A stretch of 64,000 bases of DNA, from NCBI GenBank assembly GCA_951812785.1, contig OX638335.1, forward strand, positions 1,849,712-1,913,711, given 5' to 3'. Below are positions 42,508 through 51,141 of the stretch, in pieces. The notes beneath the pieces were generated by a model that searched no databases, was not told the origin of the DNA, and was given only the letters and a program-made list of their open reading frames with translations. The position numbers and the translations under genes were made by a program. This stretch comes from an uncultured Gammaproteobacteria bacterium (GTDB lineage: Bacteria > Pseudomonadota > Gammaproteobacteria > UBA4575). Positions within the stretch are counted from its first letter, which is position 1. Each line of letters opens with the position of its first letter.

Positions 42508-44007
42508 ATGGAAATGCATGAATTATCGAGATTCGCATTAACAACCCTGGAGATTCTAGCGTTCCTATTTATATTTATTGTTGGCGCCAGCATTATTATT
42601 GTGGCGGTTTTATATGTTATTGACCGCTCTCAAACCAAACAAGCTATTCGACATAACTATCCTGTCGTAGGTCGTTTTCGTTATTTCTTTGAACATATGG
42701 GTGAATTTTTTCGCCAATATTTCTTCGCTATGGATCGCGAAGAATTACCGTTTAATCGCGCTGAACGATCCTGGGTCTATCGCGCATCGAAAAATATCGA
42801 CTCTACTATTGCATTTGGATCAACGCGTGATCTTTACAAGCCTGGCACCGTTATTTTTGGTAACTGTCCATTCCCTAAGCTAGGTATAGATTCTGCTGAG
42901 CCTGAAGAAATCACGATAGGCCAGTATTGTAATCAGCCTTATAGCACTCGTTCTATCTATAATATTTCCGGAATGAGCTTTGGAGCAATTTCTAAACCCG
43001 CAGTACTGGCACTTTCAAACGGAGCACGTGAAGCAGGCTGCTGGATGAACACCGGTGAAGGCGGATTATCTCCTTATCACCTAGAAGGTGGCGCAGATAT
43101 TGTTTTCCAAATTGGTACTGCCAAATATGGCGTACGTGACCATGAAGGAAATTTAAATACAGAAAAATTAAAAGCAGTCGCTGATCATAAACAAGTAAAA
43201 ATGTTTGAGCTCAAACTGGCACAAGGTGCCAAACCTGGTAAAGGCGGTATTTTACCTGGTGCTAAAGTCAATGAAGAGATTGCCAATATCCGCGGTATTC
43301 CTGTCGGCACCGACTCAATTAGCCCTAACAGACATGTAGATATCAATTCAGTGGATGAACTACTCAACATGCTTAAAACTATCCGGGAAACAACCGGTAA
43401 ACCGGCAGGATTCAAAACGGTTATTGGTGCTAGAGATTGGTTAGATGATTTATTCAAAAAAATCAGTGAACGCAGCGTTGAAGATGCGCCTGACTTCATC
43501 ACATTAGACAGCGGCGATGGCGGAACAGGCGCAGCACCCATGAGTTTAATGGATAATGTTGGTTTACCTATCAAGCAGAGCTTGCCTCTACTGATAAACA
43601 AACTGAAACAATATGGTTTACGTGAGCGCATAAAAGTCATCTCTTCAGGAAAATTAGTGACGCCAGTAGAAGTTGCTTGGGCGCTTGCAACTGGCGCAGA
43701 CTTCATCACTTCAGCACGTGGTTTTATGTTCTCAATAGGTTGTATTCAAGCCTTGCAATGCAATAAAAACACCTGTCCGACGGGTATCACTACCCACGAC
43801 AAAGACCTACAAAGTGGATTAAACCCAGAAAATAAAGCAGAGCGTGTAAGGAATTACATCAAAAACATGGTCTATGAGGTAGGTGTCATTGCTCACTCTT
43901 GTGGTGTCACAGAACCAAGGCAATTACGCAGGAAGCATGCCTACATTGTTAATCCGCAAGGCAGATCAATACCGCTAGATGAACTTTATTCAAGCGAAAC
44001 CACTTAA
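42508..44007 (+). CDS. Membrane-anchored FMN-binding glutamate-synthase-family protein (GltB FMN-domain homologue)
   Basis: N-terminal TM (LEILAFLFIFIVGASIIIVAVLYVI). ISGMSFGAIS, NTGEGGLSPYH, KLAQGAKPGKGGILPGAKV and LDSGDGGTGAAP motifs of the GltS FMN domain. Confidence 0.88.
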   Translation: MEMHELSRFALTTLEILAFLFIFIVGASIIIVAVLYVIDRSQTKQAIRHNYPVVGRFRYFFEHMGEFFRQYFFAMDREELPFNRAERSWVYRASKNIDSTIAFGSTRDLYKPGTVIFGNCPFPKLGIDSAEPEEITIGQYCNQPYSTRSIYNISGMSFGAISKPAVLALSNGAREAGCWMNTGEGGLSPYHLEGGADIVFQIGTAKYGVRDHEGNLNTEKLKAVADHKQVKMFELKLAQGAKPGKGGILPGAKVNEEIANIRGIPVGTDSISPNRHVDINSVDELLNMLKTIRETTGKPAGFKTVIGARDWLDDLFKKISERSVEDAPDFITLDSGDGGTGAAPMSLMDNVGLPIKQSLPLLINKLKQYGLRERIKVISSGKLVTPVEVAWALATGADFITSARGFMFSIGCIQALQCNKNTCPTGITTHDKDLQSGLNPENKAERVRNYIKNMVYEVGVIAHSCGVTEPRQLRRKHAYIVNPQGRSIPLDELYSSETT

Positions 44008-44045
44008 TGTACACAATAAAAATATACCAGAACTTAGGAGTAAAC

Positions 44046-44654
44046 ATGATGGGAATATTTAATTTCATAAATTCGATTTTTGACAAACTACGGGTACTAG
44101 ATTTTTTAGGACCTCTCGCTTTGCGCCTTTATCTAGCACCTGTTTTCTGGATGGCTGGCGCCAACAAAATTGACTTTTCAACCTTTATGCCATTTGAGTC
44201 AACCGTTAGTTGGTTCGGCAACCCCGAATGGGGACTTGGTTTACCTCTCCCCACTTTGATGGCTTTCCTTGCTGGGTGGACAGAAGTGCTGGGTGCAATA
44301 TTTCTACTCATCGGTTTTGGTGTGCGCTGGATTTCCATCCCATTAATGATCACCATGTTAGTGGCGATTTTCTCTGTACATATTAGTAACGGGTGGCTAG
44401 CAATCTCATCTGGCTCAGGAATATTTGCGACAGAGCGAACCATAGAAGCAGTAGAACGTTTAGGTATAGCAAAAGATATTTTAAAAGAACACGGAAATTA
44501 TTTATGGTTGACTGAAAATGGTAGCTTAGTTGTACTAAATAACGGCATTGAATTTGCGACTACCTACTTCATTATGTTGTTAGTATTATTTTTTATTGGT
44601 GCTGGGAAATTCTTCAGCCTTGATTATTACTTAAACTTCATTAACAAAAAATAG
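44046..44654 (+). CDS. DoxX-family membrane protein
   Basis: 4 TM helices, DoxX-like LALRLYLAPVFWMAGANK motif. Strong SD 'aggag' upstream of the ATG at 44046. The ORF-track start at 44007 is less likely. Confidence 0.8.
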   Translation: MMGIFNFINSIFDKLRVLDFLGPLALRLYLAPVFWMAGANKIDFSTFMPFESTVSWFGNPEWGLGLPLPTLMAFLAGWTEVLGAIFLLIGFGVRWISIPLMITMLVAIFSVHISNGWLAISSGSGIFATERTIEAVERLGIAKDILKEHGNYLWLTENGSLVVLNNGIEFATTYFIMLLVLFFIGAGKFFSLDYYLNFINKK

Positions 44655-44709
44655 GATCTATAAAAACGGCGGAAGCAATCAAAATAATAGCTTCTAAAAA
44701 GAGAATATT

Positions 44710-45567
44710 ATGTCTAAGGAATACTGTGTAAATGGTGCTGGCCTAGGTCTTAGGCGTGGACACATGATGGAAGAGCTTCTGGAGGTTAATCCCGCACAAG
44801 TTCAGTTCATGGAAGTTGCTCCCGAAAATTGGATTGGCATGGGTGGCCGTTTAGGTAAACGCTTTCGCGAATATACTGAACGTTATGACTTTGTTACGCA
44901 CGGCTTATCTTTATCTATCGGTGGACCAACGCCGTTAGACTTAGCACTAGTCAAAGACATTAAAACGTTTATGCAACAGCATAATATTCTCAAGTACACC
45001 GAACATTTAACTTACTGTTCTGATCAAGGCCACTTGTACGATTTAATGCCAATCCCTTTCACCACTGAAGCAGTACATTACGTAGCAGACCGAATTAAGC
45101 AAGTACAAGACATACTCGGCCAACGCATTGCCATGGAAAATGCGTCTTGCTACGCAACACCTGGCAAAGAAATGGAAGAAATTGACTTTCTTAAAGCCGT
45201 ACTTGAAGAAGCAGACTGTGAACTTCTGTTGGATGTTAATAACATTTACGTGAATTCAGTGAATCACAAGTATGACCCTATTACATTTTTACAATCTCTT
45301 CCTAAAGAACGCATTACATATTGCCATATCGCAGGACACTACAATGAAGCAGAAGACTTGATTGTAGACACACATGGTGCGGATGTGATTGATCCAGTAT
45401 GGGCAATATTGGACAAAGCGTACGAAGCATTTGGTGTGTTTCCCACGCTATTGGAAAGAGACTTCAATATCCCCGAAATACCAGTATTAATGAAAGAGAT
45501 CGATCAAATTTGCCAGCTACAACAAAAATGGAGTTGCTCAAACAATACGGTGAGCGCTCATGCCTGA
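44710..45567 (+). CDS. DUF692 / MNIO (MbnB-like multinuclear non-haem iron oxidative) enzyme, HvfB/BufB-like
   Basis: GLGLRRGH.., FMEVAPENW, HGLSLSIGG, TEHLTYC, DLMPIPFT, AMENASCY, LLDVNNIYVNSVNH and CHIAGH. This is the DUF692 motif series. Confidence 0.88.
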   Translation: MSKEYCVNGAGLGLRRGHMMEELLEVNPAQVQFMEVAPENWIGMGGRLGKRFREYTERYDFVTHGLSLSIGGPTPLDLALVKDIKTFMQQHNILKYTEHLTYCSDQGHLYDLMPIPFTTEAVHYVADRIKQVQDILGQRIAMENASCYATPGKEMEEIDFLKAVLEEADCELLLDVNNIYVNSVNHKYDPITFLQSLPKERITYCHIAGHYNEAEDLIVDTHGADVIDPVWAILDKAYEAFGVFPTLLERDFNIPEIPVLMKEIDQICQLQQKWSCSNNTVSAHA

Positions 45568-46345
45568 GGCTGAACAAAAATTTAAAGAGGTGCAGTATGA
45601 ATTTACTGCACACTTAAGAGATCCAGATAACAACCCTGCGCCATCAGAAATTGAAGATCGACGTTTAGAAATTTATCGGGGTTTATTATTTCGAAACGTG
45701 CAAGGCTTTTTAGCCAGCGGATTTCCTGTGACTCGCAAGCTTTATAGTGATGATGCTTGGCATAGAATGGTTAGAGATTTTTTCTCCAACCATCAAAGTC
45801 ATTCCCCTTATTTTAGGGATATTTCTAAAGAATTCCTTATCTACCTAAACGAAGAACGTAAACCACAACCTGAAGATCCTAATTTTTTATTAGAGCTTAC
45901 TCACTACGAGTGGTTAGAAATAATGTTGTCGTTTATTGATACCGAAATAAAGCTAGATGGCATCAATCAGGATGGCAATTTACTTAAGCAAATACCTGTG
46001 TTGTCGCCGTTAACACGACTTAATCGTTACAATTACCCTGTCCATAAAATCAAGCCTGATTTTCAACCTAAGACCGCACCAGAACAACCAACATTCATTC
46101 TGGTTTATCGAGATCAACAAGATAAAGTGGGGTTTATGGAGATGAATCCTATGACAGCCCGTTTAGTAGAGCTAGTAGCGGGCAATGAAACTCAAACTGG
46201 CGAGGAAATTTTATTATCCATCGCCAAGGAAATTCCTTCACTCTCACAGGACGTCATCATGCATGGAGGACACACAACGCTTACTCAACTACGCGAGAAA
46301 GACATCGTGTTAGGAACAAAAATAGAAACTAAAGCAGAATCGTAA
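45560..46345 (+). CDS. DUF2063-domain RiPP maturation partner, HvfC/BufC-like
   Basis: F..HLRDP, RLEIYRGLLFRNVQGFLASGFPVTRKL, SHSPYFRDISKEF. Overlaps the DUF692 gene by 8 nt. Confidence 0.82.
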   Translation: MPEAEQKFKEVQYEFTAHLRDPDNNPAPSEIEDRRLEIYRGLLFRNVQGFLASGFPVTRKLYSDDAWHRMVRDFFSNHQSHSPYFRDISKEFLIYLNEERKPQPEDPNFLLELTHYEWLEIMLSFIDTEIKLDGINQDGNLLKQIPVLSPLTRLNRYNYPVHKIKPDFQPKTAPEQPTFILVYRDQQDKVGFMEMNPMTARLVELVAGNETQTGEEILLSIAKEIPSLSQDVIMHGGHTTLTQLREKDIVLGTKIETKAES

Positions 46346-46347
46346 GC

Positions 46348-47364
46348 TTATAATCTTGCAATGATATTATCAGCAAACTCCATAGTATTCACTGTCCCAC
46401 CAAGATCACCCGTCAAACCTTCACCACTGGTTAGCTGCGCATCTATTGCTTCTCTAAGTCGAGTCGCTTTATCAGCTTCACTTACGTGATCTAGCATTAA
46501 AGCCGAGGCTAACATCAAAGCAGTTGGGTTAGCAATTTTCTTTCCGGCGATATCAGGCGCAGAACCGTGTACGGCTTCAAATATAGAAGCATCTTTACCA
46601 ATATTTGCTGCCGGCGCTAAGCCTAAGCCCCCCACCAACCCTGCTATCTCATCTGAAAGAATATCGCCAAACATATTAGTCGTCATCAACACATCAAATT
46701 GATTTGGATTAAGCACCAATTGCATTGCACAGTTATCAACAATGCGCTCTTCAATTTCCAGCTGACCCTCGTATTTTTTACCAACTTCCATTGCAATTTC
46801 TAAAAATAAACCCGTGAGCTTTTTAAGAATATTAGCCTTATGAACAATAATGACTTTTTTACGCTTGTTTTTAATGGCCCAATTAAATGCAAACTCTACA
46901 AAGCGAGTACACCCATATCGAGTAATAATTCCTGTTGCTTCTGCAACCGCCTTAGGGTCATCCGCAATAGGAATGTAATGCTCTACCCCTACGTACAAAC
47001 CTTCTAGATTTTCACGAATCAGTACGATATCTACATTTTCAAATCGCCCGCCCTGTAAAAAAGTTCGTGCAGGGCGAACATTTGCAAATAACTCAAACTC
47101 TTCTCGCAAACGTACGTTAATGGAACGAAAACCACTGCCCACTGGCGTAGTCAAAGGTCCTTTAAGGGCTAATTTAGTGCGACGAATACTATTTAGTGTT
47201 TTTTCTGGTAACGGATCTCCGCATACAGTTTCAGCAGCAACTCCCGCTAATTGCTCTTCCCATTCAAAGGGTGACTCTAATGCATCCAACACTTTTAGAG
47301 TAGCTTTAACAATCTCTGGGCCAATACCATCACCTGGAATTAACGTAGTAGGTATTTTTTCCAT
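46348..47364 (-). CDS. NAD-type isocitrate dehydrogenase (beta-decarboxylating dehydrogenase family)
   Basis: 338 aa. TLIPGDGIGPEI, RSINVRLREEFELFANVRP, NMFGDILSDE, GSAPDIAGK. Substrate call (isocitrate rather than isopropylmalate or tartrate) is from overall resemblance only. Confidence 0.72.
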   Translation of the reverse strand: MEKIPTTLIPGDGIGPEIVKATLKVLDALESPFEWEEQLAGVAAETVCGDPLPEKTLNSIRRTKLALKGPLTTPVGSGFRSINVRLREEFELFANVRPARTFLQGGRFENVDIVLIRENLEGLYVGVEHYIPIADDPKAVAEATGIITRYGCTRFVEFAFNWAIKNKRKKVIIVHKANILKKLTGLFLEIAMEVGKKYEGQLEIEERIVDNCAMQLVLNPNQFDVLMTTNMFGDILSDEIAGLVGGLGLAPAANIGKDASIFEAVHGSAPDIAGKKIANPTALMLASALMLDHVSEADKATRLREAIDAQLTSGEGLTGDLGGTVNTMEFADNIIARL

Positions 47365-47625
47365 GTTATCGTTCCTTTGTAGTTAGCTATAAACTGATGA
47401 ATTAGTATTCAATGCAACACTTATTGAATAGTGACTATTATCTCTTTATTCAAGCAACATGAAAACCGCTTTAGTCGAACATTACGGATCAAACGTAACA
47501 ATAATTCGATCTAAAAAACATATAAAACAATGGCGCAGACACTAACGCTTATTTACTAAGCTTTGATGAAATTTATATTTATAGTGAAGTGAGAAAGGTA
47601 GATAGAACCCATTTAATGATGACCA

Positions 47626-47799
47626 TTAATCATGCTGATTAATAAAGTCACGAATAAAACGTCGAATCTCGCGTGCCGCACTCGTATCCAGTTCATCGCA
47701 AAGCGACACAAATTCGTCACGCTCTTTTTTATTGATGCGTATAACCAACTGACTATCTTTATTCTTATTTTTATTTTTGCTTTTACTTTTATCGCTCAT
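47626..47799 (-). CDS. Small (57 aa) ribbon-helix-helix (CopG/Arc-like) protein; not in the ORF track (below 60 aa)
   Basis: MSDKSKSKNKNKNKDSQLVIRINKKERDEFVSLCDELDTSAAREIRRFIRDFINQHD. Basic tail, then a beta-strand (LVIRI) followed by two helices, the RHH pattern. Confidence 0.5.
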   Translation of the reverse strand: MSDKSKSKNKNKNKDSQLVIRINKKERDEFVSLCDELDTSAAREIRRFIRDFINQHD

Positions 47800-47950
47800 T
47801 ACTTTTGGATCATCCTGACCGAAGGATATACAATGTATATACAGTATAGAATCTGAAGATTCGTCTTGTCAATGCAATCTATCCATACATTTAACCAGTA
47901 AAGCACAGTTTCAAGCTTTATTCGGTTGATATAAACATTTTTACAGTGCG

Positions 47951-49276
47951 TTAAACCTCAGAACCAATCAAGTCATACTCTGTTGCTTCTTCAATCACGA
48001 CTTGTACCATATCACCCACTTGCAATTCTTGATTTGCATAAACATGTACCGCACCATCTATTTCTGGTGCATCCGCATAACTTCTACCGATTGCTTGTTC
48101 TTCAGTCACTTCATCAATTAACACCTCTAAAGTCTGACCCACTTTTTCTTCTAATTTGTTTTCGCTGATTTCCTGTTGCAACTGCATCAATCGATGCCAA
48201 CGCTCCTGCTTCACTTCTTCAGCGACTTGACCATCCAGCTGATTAGATTTTGCCCCTTCAACTGGAGAATATTGAAAACAACCCACACGATCCAACTCGG
48301 CCTGTTTTAAAAACGTTAACAACTGTTCAAAATCATTATCAGTTTCGCCGGGAAAGCCAACAATAAATGTGCTGCGTATGGCTATTTGCGGACACAGCTC
48401 TCGCCAGCGTTGAATTTGTTCTAAGGTACGATCACTTGATGCAGGTCGACGCATACGTTTTAAGACATCGTAACTTGCATGTTGAAACGGCGCATCGATA
48501 TAAGGGAGAATTTTTCCTTCTGCCATTAGTGGAATAACCTCTTCTACATACGGATACGGATACACATAATGCAAGCGCACCCAGATACCCAACTCACCCA
48601 AAGCTTTACATAAATCCAACATTGAGTTGTTATACACTTTGCCCCGCCACAATTGAGACTCGTGCTTTATATCCAAGCCATAGGCACTAGTATCTTGAGA
48701 GATAACAAGCAATTCTTTGACACCAGCCTCTGCTAATTTTTCCGCCTCTTCCATCACATCATGTAATTGACGACTTTGCAGCTTTCCACGCATAGAAGGA
48801 ATAATGCAAAATGTGCATTTATGATTACAACCTTCGGAAATTTTTATATAGGCATAATGTTTGGGTGTTAATTTGATTCCTTGTGGTGGAAGTAATTCTA
48901 TAAATGGATCATGTTCGATTAGCGCTGCCTTGCGTACAGCACTCATCACTGAATTCACATCTTGAGGCCCCGAGATACTCAACACTTCTCTAGGTATAGC
49001 CTCCAGGTCTTCAGTATTCACCCCCATACACCCTGTCACTATTACTTTGCCGTTTTGTGTTAACGCCTCACTAATTGATTCTAACGATTCTTGTTTGGCA
49101 GAATCAATAAAGCCACAGGTATTAACTATCACCGCATCAGCGCCTTCATATTCATTTGAGATTTGGTAGCCCTCACTGCGTAGCTGAGTAATAATGCGCT
49201 CAGAATCCACTAGTGCTTTAGGGCAGCCTAAGCTGATCATCCCCACAGAGGGACTATTATTATTTTCAGTAGACAT
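47951..49276 (-). CDS. rimO: Ribosomal protein S12 methylthiotransferase
   Basis: UPF0004 N-domain ([13 protein letters not shown]), radical-SAM CNHKCTFC, C-terminal TRAM. Confidence 0.94.
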   Translation of the reverse strand: MSTENNNSPSVGMISLGCPKALVDSERIITQLRSEGYQISNEYEGADAVIVNTCGFIDSAKQESLESISEALTQNGKVIVTGCMGVNTEDLEAIPREVLSISGPQDVNSVMSAVRKAALIEHDPFIELLPPQGIKLTPKHYAYIKISEGCNHKCTFCIIPSMRGKLQSRQLHDVMEEAEKLAEAGVKELLVISQDTSAYGLDIKHESQLWRGKVYNNSMLDLCKALGELGIWVRLHYVYPYPYVEEVIPLMAEGKILPYIDAPFQHASYDVLKRMRRPASSDRTLEQIQRWRELCPQIAIRSTFIVGFPGETDNDFEQLLTFLKQAELDRVGCFQYSPVEGAKSNQLDGQVAEEVKQERWHRLMQLQQEISENKLEEKVGQTLEVLIDEVTEEQAIGRSYADAPEIDGAVHVYANQELQVGDMVQVVIEEATEYDLIGSEV

Positions 49277-49361
49277 AAATAGCTATCGATTACGGGTAGT
49301 GCTTGTTAAATTATTTATATAGTACGCTTTAACCTTGGACCTCATTAAAACATACTAAGCC

Positions 49362-50729
49362 ATGGGTCAGATATTATTCTCCGCCGCACACAAATCCTCA
49401 GGAAAAACCATTGTTACTACAGGAATTTGTGCCGCACTGCGCGCTAACAACAAAACCGTACAGCCTTTCAAGAAAGGCCCGGATTATATAGACCCAATGT
49501 GGTTAGCAACAGCCTCACAACGCAGTTGCTATAACTTGGATTTCTGGACTCAATCCAATCAAGAGATATTACAGCTGTTTCATACTAAGAGTGCAGATGC
49601 TGACATTTCCATTATTGAAGCTAATAAAGGTCTTTATGATGGTTTAGCTTTAGATGGCAGAAATAGTAATGCCGCATTAGCCAAGTTACTCAGATCTCCG
49701 GTAGTGATGGTATCAGATTGCCGAGGCACTATTCGTGGTATCGCACCCCTGTTATTAGGTTATCAACAGTTTGATCCTGAAGTAAATATTCGAGGCGTGA
49801 TCTTAAATTTTGTTGGTGGTGATCGTCATGAAAAAAAACTCCGCCAAGTCGTAGAGCACTACACTGATTTAAAAGTACTTGGCGCAATACACCGCGATGA
49901 TGCATTAATGCTAGAAGAAAGATATCTTGGTTTAATTCCTAGCAATGAAGATCAACTAGCCACTGAGAAAACACAATTACTAGCAAACATTATTGGCAAC
50001 CAAATTGATCTTGATGCACTAGTTGAAATTTCCACCCCTATACCACCGGTGCATTTCACCACGAAAAAAGTTTACGCATCATTAAATTTACGTATTGGCT
50101 ACGCAAAAGATCGTGCCTTTGGTTTCTATTATCCCGACGATTTAGAAATGTTCCAGCAGTTGGGTGCAACGCTAGTTCCGTTTGACACTTTGAATGATAA
50201 AGATTTACCCGCTGTAGATGCAATTTTTATTGGCGGTGGCTTCCCAGAAAAATGCATGAATGAGTTAGAGAGCAATCAATCCATACGCACACAAATAAAT
50301 AACGCACTCACTCAAGGGCTACCTGCTTATGCAGAATGTGGTGGGCTAATGTATCTATGCAACAACATTCAATATCAAGGCAGCAGCGCAGCAATGGCCG
50401 GCGTAATTGATGCGGATTGCATAATGACACCTACTCCTCAGGGACGCGGCTACATTCAGTTCAAAGAAAATCAGCATGCCTTTTGGCCAGCCAGCCCATC
50501 TCCAGCGATTAATGCCCATGAATTTCATTATTCGCATTTATCTGGATTAACAGAACACAGCACCCTGGTGTTTGATGTGATTCGCGGTAGTGGCATTCAA
50601 AACAAACAAGATGGAATACGCATCAACAATACGCTCGCATGTTATGCACACCAGCGCCACAGCGTTCACAACCCATGGATACTACAATTTTTGAATTTTA
50701 TCGAATCCTGCCAATCCAAACAGGCTTAA
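49362..50729 (+). CDS. Cobyrinate a,c-diamide synthase family amidotransferase (CbiA/CobB-like; DsrN-like candidate)
   Basis: N-terminal ATPase loop AAHKSSGKT. C-terminal GATase with AECGGLMYL nucleophile. Followed by a Cys-less IscA-like gene, as in dsrN-dsrR. Confidence 0.8.
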   Translation: MGQILFSAAHKSSGKTIVTTGICAALRANNKTVQPFKKGPDYIDPMWLATASQRSCYNLDFWTQSNQEILQLFHTKSADADISIIEANKGLYDGLALDGRNSNAALAKLLRSPVVMVSDCRGTIRGIAPLLLGYQQFDPEVNIRGVILNFVGGDRHEKKLRQVVEHYTDLKVLGAIHRDDALMLEERYLGLIPSNEDQLATEKTQLLANIIGNQIDLDALVEISTPIPPVHFTTKKVYASLNLRIGYAKDRAFGFYYPDDLEMFQQLGATLVPFDTLNDKDLPAVDAIFIGGGFPEKCMNELESNQSIRTQINNALTQGLPAYAECGGLMYLCNNIQYQGSSAAMAGVIDADCIMTPTPQGRGYIQFKENQHAFWPASPSPAINAHEFHYSHLSGLTEHSTLVFDVIRGSGIQNKQDGIRINNTLACYAHQRHSVHNPWILQFLNFIESCQSKQA

Positions 50730-50782
50730 GTGCACTAACCCAGGTATAATACGTTCAACAATATCTTTGGAAGTGACACACT

Positions 50783-51118
50783 ATGGATGAAGTATCAATT
50801 ACGCAAACAGCTGCACAGCAAATTAAAAAGTCAGCAGTAGAATCACAAACAGACAATTTGCCTTTACGCATTGCTGTCACGGTAAAGCCAGATGGATCGT
50901 TTCACTATGGCATGGGCTTTGATGATGTTGGCAACGCTAAAGGCGTAGATATCACTTATCATTCAAATGGCGTAGATATCGTCATCGCTAAGACTAGCTA
51001 TGAATTACTCAAAGGTACTGTAGTTGATTACGCAGAGTTAGAACCAAAACAGTTTCACTTTGTGTTCTTAAATCCCAACGATCCCAACTACACTCCTAGT
51101 GTTTCCACTAAAGAATAG
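50783..51118 (+). CDS. IscA/HesB-fold protein lacking all cysteines (DsrR-like)
   Basis: LRIAV...YGMGFD...VDY.E....F.F.NPN scaffold of A-type carriers, but the 111 aa sequence has zero Cys. Confidence 0.78.
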   Translation: MDEVSITQTAAQQIKKSAVESQTDNLPLRIAVTVKPDGSFHYGMGFDDVGNAKGVDITYHSNGVDIVIAKTSYELLKGTVVDYAELEPKQFHFVFLNPNDPNYTPSVSTKE

Positions 51119-51141
51119 CACCACTAACACTGCTACGAATT

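Noticed and set aside
47632-47856. A 74 aa plus-strand ORF in the track.
   Set aside because: It is antisense to the better-supported RHH ORF, and its translation is low-complexity (FILIFIFAFTF) arising from the poly-A/T coding repeats.
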